Shown here in pieces: positions 38,697 through 47,480 of a stretch of DNA of 64,000 nucleotides; positions within the stretch are counted from its first letter, which is position 1, and every line of letters starts with the position of its first letter. Source of the DNA: an uncultured virus (IMG/VR IMGVR_UViG_3300005683_000013) (Duplodnaviria > Heunggongvirae > Uroviricota > Caudoviricetes); the IMG/VR virus record IMGVR_UViG_3300005683_000013; one strand, given 5' to 3'. The notes under the pieces were generated by a model, which saw only the letters and a list, made by a program, of their open reading frames with translations, was not told the origin of the DNA and made no database searches. Made by a program: the position numbers and the translations under genes.

Positions 38697-38860
38697 AATT
38701 CGAGAGAGGAGAGTTGATAACCTTGATACGTCATGGATTCACTGACGTCGTGATGATCATTGACAAGATCGATGACGAACGGTTGATGATGTTGAATCCA
38801 GAAGGTGGCACATTTAGGGTCACGATAGACATTCTCATGATATATGCTAAAGTTGATTGA
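38693..38860 (+). CDS. SH3-like array protein (55 aa)
   Basis: RGELI...MLNPEG. Confidence 0.75.
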   Translation: MKFERGELITLIRHGFTDVVMIIDKIDDERLMMLNPEGGTFRVTIDILMIYAKVD

Positions 38861-38871
38861 AGAGTTAAATT

Positions 38872-39126
38872 TTGTCTCTTCATATCGGTTCTTTGATTAC
38901 GTTCGAACTGTACCCACCAGCCAAATTGAGTTTGTGGTCATCTGATGTCATTCAATCAAGATCAATGCGGTCACGTACCTTGTTAACAGAGTTTGATTCA
39001 AAACATGTTGTCATGTTTTTGCAATACAGCATTGATAAAAAGAGGATGCTTGTCGTGTCGCAGTTCGGCGTGGGGTGGGTAAGCACTGAGATTTCTGGGA
39101 AATGGTCGATCAATAAGGAAATTTAA
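38872..39126 (+). CDS. SH3-like array protein
   Basis: IGSLI...VVSQFGVGWV. Confidence 0.8.
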   Translation: MSLHIGSLITFELYPPAKLSLWSSDVIQSRSMRSRTLLTEFDSKHVVMFLQYSIDKKRMLVVSQFGVGWVSTEISGKWSINKEI

Positions 39127-39128
39127 TT

Positions 39129-39362
39129 TTGTCACTTCATAAAGGTTCTTTGGTTGTGATCAATAACATACCCAACGACGTTGGGGGAGGTCTGTTATGG
39201 ACTTCACCGTCTGAATTTGACATTGTATCATATATCATTAATTACTTTGATTCAGAGCACGCTGTCATATTACTACGTTACAGTAATGATAAGAGTGACG
39301 CATTTGTTTTGTCACAATTTGGTGTTGGGTGGGTTGCTACGAGTTATTTGAAGGAACAATGA
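39129..39362 (+). CDS. SH3-like array protein
   Basis: KGSLV...VLSQFGVGWV; close paralog of 38872. Confidence 0.8.
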   Translation: MSLHKGSLVVINNIPNDVGGGLLWTSPSEFDIVSYIINYFDSEHAVILLRYSNDKSDAFVLSQFGVGWVATSYLKEQ

Positions 39363-39541
39363 ACACTTACCAACGTGGTGATCTCATTACAATGGCATGG
39401 CGAAAGAAGCTTGGCGTCGTTCTTGTCATTGAAAAACTCTATGACGGGTTTGTCATAGTCTTGTCAACAGAAGGAAAAATTAACATCTTAGAAGGATTGT
39501 TCGACGAAATCATCTACAAACTAGAAGATGAACTCCGATGA
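39359..39541 (+). CDS. SH3-like array protein
   Basis: RGDLI...VLSTEG. Confidence 0.8.
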   Translation: MNTYQRGDLITMAWRKKLGVVLVIEKLYDGFVIVLSTEGKINILEGLFDEIIYKLEDELR

Positions 39542-39729
39542 AACTCATTTCTGTTGGTGATCTTATCGTCGTGAGGCGACAACCATACCCGTTAGAGTTT
39601 GGAACCAGATGGCATTGCATCGTGATCAATTGTTTGCGAAATAATTCTTACGAAGTGTTGTCGTTTCAAGGTTTAGTAATTGTAGACATACATTGTATTG
39701 AAATTGGCCCATGTCATCGTTTATCATAA
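39538..39729 (+). CDS. SH3-like array protein
   Basis: VGDLI...VLSFQG. Confidence 0.8.
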   Translation: MKLISVGDLIVVRRQPYPLEFGTRWHCIVINCLRNNSYEVLSFQGLVIVDIHCIEIGPCHRLS

Positions 39730-39890
39730 CTCGAGGTCAACTTATCATCGTTCAAAGCATGATACATTTTAATTCACCACACATCAGAGTTGCAATTGTC
39801 CTGTCTGAAACTGACAAAATTTTGCTTGACGTGCTAACAGAAAACTGTCGTAAGTTTGTTTCTAGAGAATGTTATGTATGTGATGCATAA
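39711..39890 (+). CDS. SH3-like array protein (59 aa)
   Basis: RGQLI...DVLTEN. Confidence 0.7.
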   Translation: MSSFIITRGQLIIVQSMIHFNSPHIRVAIVLSETDKILLDVLTENCRKFVSRECYVCDA

Positions 39891-39910
39891 ACAACATATA
39901 GTAAGAGCAT

Positions 39911-40114
39911 ATGAAAAATCCTAAAGTTGGTGATTTGATTCTTATCACAGAGTATGTCAGCGCGACAAGTTTTAGAAATGCAATGACTCAATTTCCAAAA
40001 GGAACGATTTGCATGTGTGTTGATGTGCTCGATTCTAAAACTTCTCTTTCACAATTTTTGACAACACGTGGTGTTTTCTGTATTTGGAATCATGTTCACA
40101 TGGAATTGTTATGA
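39911..40114 (+). CDS. SH3-like array protein
   Basis: VGDLI...FLTTRGVFCI. Confidence 0.8.
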   Translation: MKNPKVGDLILITEYVSATSFRNAMTQFPKGTICMCVDVLDSKTSLSQFLTTRGVFCIWNHVHMELL

Positions 40115-40317
40115 CGCGTCCCAAAGTCGGAGATTTGATTCTTATCACAAAGTCAGTCTGGGCAAGTGACTTAATAAACGCAATGACTAAAATTCCAGAA
40201 GGAACAATTTGTGTTTGTCTTATCAAATCAGATGATAACCTCGATCGGTTTTTGACGACAACCGGCGTTTTCTGCATTTGGAGCGATTACAACATGGAAT
40301 TGTTGTGTTTTATGTAG
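40111..40317 (+). CDS. SH3-like array protein, recent duplicate of 39911
   Basis: VGDLI...FLTTTGVFCI. Confidence 0.8.
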   Translation: MTRPKVGDLILITKSVWASDLINAMTKIPEGTICVCLIKSDDNLDRFLTTTGVFCIWSDYNMELLCFM

Positions 40318-40475
40318 GAGAGATGGTCGTGATACGCACGAACGTATGGCCCAAGTTTGTTTTGTTGGTGCTTTCCGGTCCTGACACTGACGGGATGGTT
40401 GACGTGTTGACGATCATAGGAAAAAAACGTATGTCTGAATCGTATATCTGTGGAAGATGGTTACAACATGAATGA
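40305..40475 (+). CDS. SH3-like array protein
   Basis: VGEMV...DVLTIIG. Confidence 0.7.
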   Translation: MFYVGEMVVIRTNVWPKFVLLVLSGPDTDGMVDVLTIIGKKRMSESYICGRWLQHE

Positions 40476-40653
40476 CGTTGACATTTCAGCTCGTGGTCAA
40501 TTTGTTGTCGTCCAATGCAAGTTGGGTTCAGCCAAGAGTTCAGAGTCAGCGATCGTTCTGCATCACAACAACATCTCATCATCTGTGTTGACACGACACG
40601 GCATCTTTAATCTTGTTCCACGTATAGACAACGATCTTGAACAAGATGAATAA
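40468..40653 (+). CDS. SH3-like array protein
   Basis: RGQFV...VLTRHGI. Confidence 0.75.
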   Translation: MNDVDISARGQFVVVQCKLGSAKSSESAIVLHHNNISSSVLTRHGIFNLVPRIDNDLEQDE

Positions 40654-40834
40654 AAGTGTTTATTTAAAGCGCGGAGATCTTGTGATAATAAACGTTCGTG
40701 GGTCTCAACACAAAACAGTCGGCATCTTATTGAAGAACATTGACGTTTATGATGCAAATATTTTCGCGGTCTCGCTCATAACAGACATAGAAAAATTTCG
40801 TCGAGAAATGTTCGAGATTCACAAACTCACATGA
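40646..40834 (+). CDS. SH3-like array protein
   Basis: RGDLV...VGILL. Confidence 0.7.
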   Translation: MNKSVYLKRGDLVIINVRGSQHKTVGILLKNIDVYDANIFAVSLITDIEKFRREMFEIHKLT

Positions 40835-41034
40835 CAGCAAATAAGTTACGAAAATGGAATGCGCTAAAACCTGGAGACTTAATTCAGGTTGCATTTCCTT
40901 ATCGACTGGGATACAAACACACAGCGATCGTGTTAAATTGTTACACATATGCCGACAGAATTGATGTTTTGTGTTGTGATGGTTTGTATTTTGCCTTTAG
41001 ACAAGATGTTAGAAAGTTTTGGTGTTGTCAATGA
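40831..41034 (+). CDS. SH3-like array protein
   Basis: PGDLI...DVLCCDG. Confidence 0.8.
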   Translation: MTANKLRKWNALKPGDLIQVAFPYRLGYKHTAIVLNCYTYADRIDVLCCDGLYFAFRQDVRKFWCCQ

Positions 41035-41390
41035 AACACGCTGTTGTCATTTTAGTGTCAAATGATAATAAAGTTCTTGGTGTCTCCAGAAAAGATGATC
41101 CCACAGCGTTTGGTCTTCCTGGCGGGAAAGTCGAAGCCGGTGAGTCGTTAGAACAAGCGGCCGCTCGAGAGCTGCTCGAGGAGACAGGATTAATCGCAAC
41201 CTCTTTGAGGTGTGTCTATGTTGCACTAGAGAAAGAATTTTCTACTGTTGCTTTTGAGGCAACTGTGACAGGCGAGATATCTACGACTGAAAGTGGCGTC
41301 GTTAGATGGGTCGAACCTGAAGTTTTATTTTCTGGTCCCTTTGGTGTGTATAACACTCGTCTTTTTGAACATCTGCAAACGTCAGAATAG
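41031..41390 (+). CDS. NUDIX hydrolase
   Basis: Nudix box GGKVEAGESLEQAAARELLEETG. Confidence 0.92.
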   Translation: MKHAVVILVSNDNKVLGVSRKDDPTAFGLPGGKVEAGESLEQAAARELLEETGLIATSLRCVYVALEKEFSTVAFEATVTGEISTTESGVVRWVEPEVLFSGPFGVYNTRLFEHLQTSE

Positions 41391-41516
41391 AATTGTCAAA
41401 GAGACACGTGTTATCGTGCACTTTTCTGGTGTGCGTGAGACGCAAATCATCTTGACACCTAACGCTGAACGTTCTTTACAGATGAACGCAAAGTTGCCGT
41501 CAATAGAAAGTTGATA

Positions 41517-41735
41517 ATGCTAAACCCAGGTGATATTATAGTTGCAAGAGTCAGCATGATGGCAGCAAATCAAAAAGATGCTCACATAAAGGGTTCTTTG
41601 GCTTTTATTTTACGCTGTAACAATTATTCAATATTGATTTTATCACGTCATGGTGTGGAAATTGTCACAGGTTGGAAACTCGAAAATTGGTTGAAAATTG
41701 AACTATATGATGCGATATCGACCACAACGAGGTGA
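41517..41735 (+). CDS. SH3-like array protein
   Basis: PGDII...ILSRHGV. Confidence 0.75.
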   Translation: MLNPGDIIVARVSMMAANQKDAHIKGSLAFILRCNNYSILILSRHGVEIVTGWKLENWLKIELYDAISTTTR

Positions 41736-41898
41736 TCTCGCTAAATGTCGTGTGATTGGTGGGAGCGTCGACAGTATTCTTATTACAGCTGACGTCGTCA
41801 TCGTCATTGAACACAACACCGTTTTATCACGTTATGGATTACAACACTGGCGAACAAACTGGGCTTCACTATCGAGTTTGATGAATGAACACCAATGA
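41707..41898 (+). CDS. SH3-like array protein
   Basis: RGDLA...VLSRYGL. Confidence 0.75.
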   Translation: MMRYRPQRGDLAKCRVIGGSVDSILITADVVIVIEHNTVLSRYGLQHWRTNWASLSSLMNEHQ

Positions 41899-42109
41899 TA
41901 TTACTCTCATGTTTACGTCACACAACAATGTCGAAGTTTTTGCTCACGGGCTAATCAGTGTGTTGGGTGTTCTAACGAAAAACGAGCCATTGTTAATTAT
42001 CAAAAGGACACCATACGACGAACTTATCGTATTGACAAAACACGGAATTGGCATCATTCATGTCGATGAAGCAAAATCAACGTATTGGTATGATGATGTC
42101 TACGAATAA
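41885..42109 (+). CDS. SH3-like array protein
   Basis: VLTKHGIGII. Confidence 0.75.
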   Translation: MNTNDITLMFTSHNNVEVFAHGLISVLGVLTKNEPLLIIKRTPYDELIVLTKHGIGIIHVDEAKSTYWYDDVYE

Positions 42110-42305
42110 CGTTTTTCCTGGTGATCTGTTATTTGTAACAAAGACAACTCAACTTCTATTGAAAACTGAAAACTGGCGAAGGCCGGGTGCTGATCTGCTC
42201 GAGTTCTTGATACAAGATGATGTCATGATTTGCATCCAACCATCAAGTCAGTTTGGAACATGCAAAGTTTTGACTCGTCTTGGAATGAGTTGGATCTTCA
42301 TATGA
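42096..42305 (+). CDS. SH3-like array protein
   Basis: PGDLL...VLTRLGMSWI. Confidence 0.8.
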   Translation: MSTNNVFPGDLLFVTKTTQLLLKTENWRRPGADLLEFLIQDDVMICIQPSSQFGTCKVLTRLGMSWIFI

Positions 42306-42526
42306 AGATAGAGAATGGTCAATTATCGGTCGTCAAAGACAGATTGGTGACTTGGTCACGTGTAACGAGAGCACACCAACCTGTCATATCACACCGAACA
42401 TTAAAATGTAATGACGTGCTGATTGTGATTAATATGTTTGATCATAGTACAATCAGAGCTCTGACAAAGTTTGGTGTCGCTTACATACATAAAAACGATT
42501 TTTTGATTGAACGTCAATGTGGGTAA
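42302..42526 (+). CDS. SH3-like array protein
   Basis: NGQLS...ALTKFGVAYI. Confidence 0.8.
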   Translation: MKIENGQLSVVKDRLVTWSRVTRAHQPVISHRTLKCNDVLIVINMFDHSTIRALTKFGVAYIHKNDFLIERQCG

Positions 42527-42771
42527 AAACCGAACGAAATCAACTAATCGTCCTAAAACTAACTGACAGAGAACCCTATTTGTGGGGAAAGAAATTTGAA
42601 CGTATGATACATCATCCATCGAATGAGCAAGTCGGTCCATTCAAATGTGACGATGTTTTCATTGTGATAAACCATAGAAGCATCAGAACTGGATGCACAC
42701 AAGTCTTGACTCGCCTTGGTGCGTGTTGGTTCGATTCACATTTTCAACGCTTCATTGAAGACATCGCATAA
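42517..42771 (+). CDS. SH3-like array protein
   Basis: VLTRLGACWF. Confidence 0.8.
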   Translation: MWVKTERNQLIVLKLTDREPYLWGKKFERMIHHPSNEQVGPFKCDDVFIVINHRSIRTGCTQVLTRLGACWFDSHFQRFIEDIA

Positions 42772-42807
42772 AAACCAACGTACAATACGTAGAAATTGTA
42801 AACCGTT

Positions 42808-43002
42808 ATGAAAAATCGTGGTGAATTGCTCGTTGCCAAAAATGACATACTCATTTGGAATGACACCGGTCTTGATGATTTGTTCACGTCCGAACATGTC
42901 GTTTGTCTTACAACGCATGCAACCAGCGGACTTGTCTTGCTGGGGTCCCATCAAACTTTGGAGACGACATGTCAACGAAGGTTACTCTGGAATCATTGGT
43001 GA
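42808..43002 (+). pseudogene. internally deleted array member reading out of frame into next gene
   Basis: RGELL...CLTTH then unrelated frame. Confidence 0.55.
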
Positions 43003-43102
43003 ACTTGTCGAAGACGATGTTGCATTAGTCATTGACGATCGAGTGTTGACAAGACTTGGCGTGGGTTATGTAATTGATGTTCATATGAAGTATATTAGAT
43101 AA
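42917..43102 (+). CDS. SH3-like array protein
   Basis: MQPADL...VLTRLGVGYV. Confidence 0.75.
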   Translation: MQPADLSCWGPIKLWRRHVNEGYSGIIGELVEDDVALVIDDRVLTRLGVGYVIDVHMKYIR

Positions 43103-43106
43103 TGTC

Positions 43107-43343
43107 ATGACACATGGTGATATTTTAATTGTTCAAGACATGCCGCTCAACGTGCCAGGCATAAGCGTTTGGTCTGTCATGACCGCGGGTAAAAGTCGTG
43201 ATTTACTTGGCACCATTCGTGACAATGACATTGTCATGGTGATAAAACGTGAGACTGGAAGCACCGCAGTGCAAGTAATCACAAAATTTGGATTGAGTTA
43301 CGTGCGTTTAAACATGCTTGATAACTTTACGAGCGTAATATGA
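43107..43343 (+). CDS. SH3-like array protein
   Basis: HGDIL...VITKFGLSYV. Confidence 0.8.
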   Translation: MTHGDILIVQDMPLNVPGISVWSVMTAGKSRDLLGTIRDNDIVMVIKRETGSTAVQVITKFGLSYVRLNMLDNFTSVI

Positions 43344-43361
43344 GTTTTTTACCTGGAACGT

Positions 43362-43703
43362 TGAATACCTAAAATCATTATGAACAAAAAAGTACAAATT
43401 GGCGATTTGATCATTCTTGATAAACCTAGTTCTCTAGCATGGCGTAAGATACAACATGATACTCTGTTACCTCTTTTTGAAACGCCAGAATGCAGGCTTA
43501 CAAAGGATATGAAATTCATGAGAGACGGTGAAGTTGTTCTTGTCGTCATGACAAGTTACACGCCGCAAGATAAGAATCACAATTCCTATAGAATTTTATA
43601 CGTCATCACATGCCAAGGCATTGGGTGGATCAAGAGTGAATACCTAAAATCATTATGAACAAAAAAGTACAAATTGGCGATTTGATCATTCTTGATAAAC
43701 CTA
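43362..43703 (+). repeat. 67-bp exact direct repeat (43362-43428 and 43637-43703)
   Basis: TGAATACCTAAAATCATTATGAAC...GATAAACCTA occurs twice. Confidence 0.9.
43380..43658 (+). CDS. SH3-like array protein (chimeric N-terminus)
   Basis: IGDLI...VITCQGIGWI. Confidence 0.8.
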   Translation: MNKKVQIGDLIILDKPSSLAWRKIQHDTLLPLFETPECRLTKDMKFMRDGEVVLVVMTSYTPQDKNHNSYRILYVITCQGIGWIKSEYLKSL

Positions 43704-43894
43704 TACATTTGCGTTTTGGGAAAACAGAAACAGTATGCATTGTTGTTGGGATTCAACATGTCATGTCTAGATCAAACGTGTTGTTTAAAGAAACAAGACT
43801 GTTAACGTCACTTGGTTTAGTTTGCCTCGGAGACGAGTGGAATACTCCGGTGTACGGTTATGAATATGACAGAGACGAGAATACAGCAGAATAA
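43655..43894 (+). CDS. SH3-like array protein
   Basis: IGDLI...LLTSLGL. Confidence 0.8.
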   Translation: MNKKVQIGDLIILDKPIHLRFGKTETVCIVVGIQHVMSRSNVLFKETRLLTSLGLVCLGDEWNTPVYGYEYDRDENTAE

Positions 43895-43952
43895 ATCGTA
43901 ACTCGCAGAAACAGTTTCCAGTGTCAAATGTCAGAAGAGTGTCCAGAAGGCG

Positions 43953-44222
43953 ATGAGTGCCATCTGGACTTGTGTAATTTGTGGCGCAGCGTTGTACTAT
44001 TATGACATGGCGCCTTGCGTTCAACCGGAATTTGGTCAACTTGTCAAAACAAAGTCACGAATTTGGATGAGAGATAAAGAACTTAAAAGCGGTGAACTTG
44101 CGATTGCTATCAAGACAACAAATTTTGCGAATTGGTCACAAGATACTTTGTTCAAAACTATGATCATTTCACGTTATGGTCTCGGATGGGTGGCATCTGA
44201 AGAATTGATCATTATAGCATGA
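43953..44222 (+). CDS. SH3-like array protein
   Basis: FGQLV...IISRYGLGWV; start may be 44007. Confidence 0.75.
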   Translation: MSAIWTCVICGAALYYYDMAPCVQPEFGQLVKTKSRIWMRDKELKSGELAIAIKTTNFANWSQDTLFKTMIISRYGLGWVASEELIIIA

Positions 44223-44434
44223 ATCGAGGAAAGCTCGTTCGACCACGTTTCAGCAGAGTCGCTATTTACGAATCTGACGATTTAGACTCTCAGATCGTAT
44301 TATGTCGAATTGACAAAGATCCTTGTATCATACTTGAAGAGCACAAACCTCGTAGCAGAGGTCAAGACCAATTGAAAGTTTTGACATCGTTCGGTTGTGG
44401 TTGGGTCGCAACAAATGACATGGAGTTGTTATGA
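44219..44434 (+). CDS. SH3-like array protein
   Basis: RGKLV...VLTSFGCGWV. Confidence 0.8.
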   Translation: MNRGKLVRPRFSRVAIYESDDLDSQIVLCRIDKDPCIILEEHKPRSRGQDQLKVLTSFGCGWVATNDMELL

Positions 44435-44679
44435 AAAGAGGCGACGTTGTGTCTGTCTTCAGTCTTACAAAGAGTAAGTTTCCAGTTTATGCACTAGACG
44501 ACATACACGATAGTACTGTTGCATATTACCTTAAAAATGATGACAAAGTCATCGTGTTAATTGATCAGATTCAATCTGCGATCAATGGTTACGAAGATGA
44601 AACAAAAATTTTGTCACGTTATGGGGTCGGATGGATTCGGACGGCATCGCTCTTTGAAGACGAAGACGGAGAACAATGA
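44431..44679 (+). CDS. SH3-like array protein
   Basis: RGDVV...ILSRYGVGWI. Confidence 0.8.
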   Translation: MKRGDVVSVFSLTKSKFPVYALDDIHDSTVAYYLKNDDKVIVLIDQIQSAINGYEDETKILSRYGVGWIRTASLFEDEDGEQ

Positions 44680-44885
44680 AAACTGGTGATCTTGTTCGAG
44701 TGTGGGTGATCATGAATCGGTATTCAGTGTCAAACGTACCAAGAGATAGTGAAAAAATGACTGGAATTGTTATTGCAGCGGCTTTGCACAGTCAACGGTT
44801 ATTTCAGGTTTTGACGCCGATGGGTGTTCAAGTTTCATCAGATTTAGAACTCTATTTAGGAGTGACAACACTTTATGACATCTAA
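44676..44885 (+). CDS. SH3-like array protein
   Basis: TGDLV...VLTPMGV. Confidence 0.8.
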   Translation: MKTGDLVRVWVIMNRYSVSNVPRDSEKMTGIVIAAALHSQRLFQVLTPMGVQVSSDLELYLGVTTLYDI

Positions 44886-45216
44886 AACGTTAGGAATTGT
44901 AGGCATAGGTTGGTCCGTTCTGTTGTCACATCATAGAAATTCAGACGATTACGCTCTAAAACCTCTCGACCCTGGCGATGTATACATCGTAATTGATGTT
45001 TTGCGTGACGATTTCTATGGCGACATCAGTGCAAAATTGTTAACAAAACACGGTGTCTTTTACTGTCGACGCAAGTATCGTTCACCATCTTTCTACAACT
45101 GGTATGATCAAAAAATAGACAGCCTTCAACGTTCGGAACGTGAGATACACGTAGATGACTACAATGGAACGAATAAATCGTTGGGAATGAATGTAACATA
45201 TCGTGGTAAGTTTTAA
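44875..45216 (+). CDS. SH3-like array protein with C-terminal extension
   Basis: PGDVYIVI...LLTKHGVFY. Confidence 0.75.
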   Translation: MTSKTLGIVGIGWSVLLSHHRNSDDYALKPLDPGDVYIVIDVLRDDFYGDISAKLLTKHGVFYCRRKYRSPSFYNWYDQKIDSLQRSEREIHVDDYNGTNKSLGMNVTYRGKF

Positions 45217-45430
45217 CGTTGGTGAAATTTTAACAATAACAGCTGATTTTTGTACCTCTGTTCGACATGAGTGCGAACTTTCGTACTTCGACAAAGGTGA
45301 ACTTATCATGGTTGTTGGGTATAGTATTGATACCACAGATCAAAAAACTGTTGTTGTTTTGACAAACAACGGCATAAAACAAATTTATGCAGGCATCATG
45401 CCAATGATTTCAACACAAAATTCAAAATGA
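45203..45430 (+). CDS. SH3-like array protein
   Basis: VGEIL...VLTNNGI. Confidence 0.8.
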   Translation: MVSFNVGEILTITADFCTSVRHECELSYFDKGELIMVVGYSIDTTDQKTVVVLTNNGIKQIYAGIMPMISTQNSK

Positions 45431-45651
45431 TAAACAACGGTGACTTGTGGATTTACACTGACTTGGTCAAATCCATGATTGAACTTCACCATGACAATTA
45501 TTATTCTCATAGTGAACTAAGTTATGATGATATTTTCATAGTGTTAGAACGTGTTGAACACGCTCATGGCAGTTACATCAAAATTTTGTGCAAAAGTGGT
45601 GTGTTTTTGATGTGGGCGCTTGACATCAAAAGTGCCAAACAAGTTTCATAA
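45427..45651 (+). CDS. SH3-like array protein
   Basis: NGDLW...ILCKSGV. Confidence 0.8.
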   Translation: MINNGDLWIYTDLVKSMIELHHDNYYSHSELSYDDIFIVLERVEHAHGSYIKILCKSGVFLMWALDIKSAKQVS

Positions 45652-45666
45652 TGAAAGAAAAACATC

Positions 45667-45924
45667 ATGATATCAAGCGATGTCGTCGTTCTTGAAAGAG
45701 GCGACCTTACGGTTGTCAAAACAAAACCTAATGTCGAACCTTCGAAAGTGGGTCTTTATACTCGATATAGAAAACGTTATCCGTTGTTAGAACACTACTT
45801 GTTCAATTCAGACGTGATGATAATCCTCTCTAACGAGGATGATGAACATCCTTGGATTTTGTGCAAATATGGTACATTTCAATTAGAAATTGAATATTGT
45901 GAAGGTATCATTTGGCAAGTTTAG
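45667..45924 (+). CDS. SH3-like array protein
   Basis: RGDLT...ILCKYGT. Confidence 0.8.
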   Translation: MISSDVVVLERGDLTVVKTKPNVEPSKVGLYTRYRKRYPLLEHYLFNSDVMIILSNEDDEHPWILCKYGTFQLEIEYCEGIIWQV

Positions 45925-45935
45925 CGAGGTAAAGA

Positions 45936-46184
45936 ATGCGCCCAGGATCGTTGTTTGTTGTTTCGGATGAAAAGTTCGATTTTGATAAAAACATATTTGT
46001 GTTGTGGTTGTACAATACAATTAATAGTGCAAAATTTTCTCTGAAACCCGATATGAAAGCAAAAATTGGCGACGCGATGATCGTTTTGAAACTTACACAA
46101 GAACATTGTCAAGTCTTAACTCGAACGGGATTCTACTGGATTCCGATGTCAACTGCGAGACAGTTCCTCGTGGTGGTTACGTGA
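45936..46184 (+). CDS. SH3-like array protein
   Basis: PGSLF...VLTRTGFYWI. Confidence 0.8.
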   Translation: MRPGSLFVVSDEKFDFDKNIFVLWLYNTINSAKFSLKPDMKAKIGDAMIVLKLTQEHCQVLTRTGFYWIPMSTARQFLVVVT

Positions 46185-46411
46185 GCATCATCGTTCCAAA
46201 ACTTGGTGAGTTACGTAGCCACCATAAAAAACGTGTTGGATTATATGACGTCAGTAATGGAATGCAACGTTCTTCTTTACGTCCAAACGAGTATTATATC
46301 GTGTTGCGTGAGCTTCCGGGCAGGTATCTTGTCTTGACTCGTCATGGAGTTTTTCGAATCACAAAAGCTATCGCTTCCGCATCAACAATTCTATGTGACG
46401 GTGTCGAATGA
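46181..46411 (+). CDS. SH3-like array protein
   Basis: LGELR...VLTRHGVFRI; GTGA-coupled start. Confidence 0.8.
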   Translation: MSIIVPKLGELRSHHKKRVGLYDVSNGMQRSSLRPNEYYIVLRELPGRYLVLTRHGVFRITKAIASASTILCDGVE

Positions 46412-46593
46412 AATTTTTGTCAGCGGATCGGTTACATATAGGAATGCTCGTTGAGACGATGTTTTGGGGAAAATCAATAGGAGCGTGTCTCATCGTAAGT
46501 CACGAGTTCAATGATTCCGTAGATGTCTTATCTGGCGAAGGGTTATTCACCATTGATTTTGAATTGATGGCATGTAGCATGATTGAAATTTGA
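46408..46593 (+). CDS. SH3-like array protein
   Basis: IGMLV...DVLSGEG. Confidence 0.8.
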   Translation: MKFLSADRLHIGMLVETMFWGKSIGACLIVSHEFNDSVDVLSGEGLFTIDFELMACSMIEI

Positions 46594-46823
46594 TGTCAAA
46601 AATGAATTTTAAATGTGGCCATTTGTATCTCGCGAACACAAAGATCTACCTTGGCACAGATCATTGTGTTCATACTTTGCAACGCAAAGATTTTTTCATG
46701 TACCTTTTTCGAGATGGTTGTCGTAGTTCTGACAGACATTATGTTCTGTCTAAATTCGGAACCTGTTATGTTTTTGAAAAACAACTCGTTAATGAAACGG
46801 TAAGACATGTCCCATGGATTTAA
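46593..46823 (+). CDS. SH3-like array protein
   Basis: CGHLY...VLSKFGTCYV. Confidence 0.8.
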   Translation: MSKMNFKCGHLYLANTKIYLGTDHCVHTLQRKDFFMYLFRDGCRSSDRHYVLSKFGTCYVFEKQLVNETVRHVPWI

Positions 46824-47007
46824 TTTTGTCGTCGGTTCGTTAATTCATCATAAATGGGACGTCTCACGTAAAGTAGCAATTGTGATCAATATCAATGATG
46901 ATCATGTAAAAATACTTACACAAGATGGTCTGCTACAATCAATACACACTTCGTACTATTGGTCGTTGTCAGAAATAAATTATCGTTCAAGTTTGATAAA
47001 TGATTAA
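46807..47007 (+). CDS. SH3-like array protein
   Basis: VGSLI...ILTQDG. Confidence 0.8.
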   Translation: MSHGFNFVVGSLIHHKWDVSRKVAIVININDDHVKILTQDGLLQSIHTSYYWSLSEINYRSSLIND

Positions 47008-47197
47008 AGTTGGAACGTTGTGTACGTTCATGTCGGGAATACAATACACTCTCACAGGTCATAAATCACTGAAGACGGGTGACGTTTGTTTAGAGACAAA
47101 CGTTAATATCGTCGATGATTATACTGTTGTGAACGTTCTCACAAGGGTTGGTATAATTGAACTAACACGACAATGGGACATACGTGAACTAAAATGA
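47000..47197 (+). CDS. SH3-like array protein
   Basis: VGTLC...VLTRVGI. Confidence 0.8.
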   Translation: MIKVGTLCTFMSGIQYTLTGHKSLKTGDVCLETNVNIVDDYTVVNVLTRVGIIELTRQWDIRELK

Positions 47198-47469
47198 CAA
47201 CAGAACATTGGGATGTCGATAAACTTCCAAAAATTTATGACACAGCTTATTCAATTAGAAGATTGTTCAAAAGAGGAACGTTACTCATAACTCCTGCATC
47301 ATGTGATGAATTTGGATTGCGTGTCTATAGCAATCAATTTGAAAGAGGACGTTCGAATTCATTTGTTGGAATCTTGACCAGTCACATGCCTGTCATTATT
47401 TTAGAAGATGATGGTAGCTGTAGCCCGCGTGTGCTATGCAAGTTTGGATTGTGTTACATTGACATATAA
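47194..47469 (+). CDS. SH3-like array protein
   Basis: RGTLL...VLCKFGLCYI. Confidence 0.8.
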   Translation: MTTEHWDVDKLPKIYDTAYSIRRLFKRGTLLITPASCDEFGLRVYSNQFERGRSNSFVGILTSHMPVIILEDDGSCSPRVLCKFGLCYIDI

Positions 47470-47480
47470 GGACAATCACA

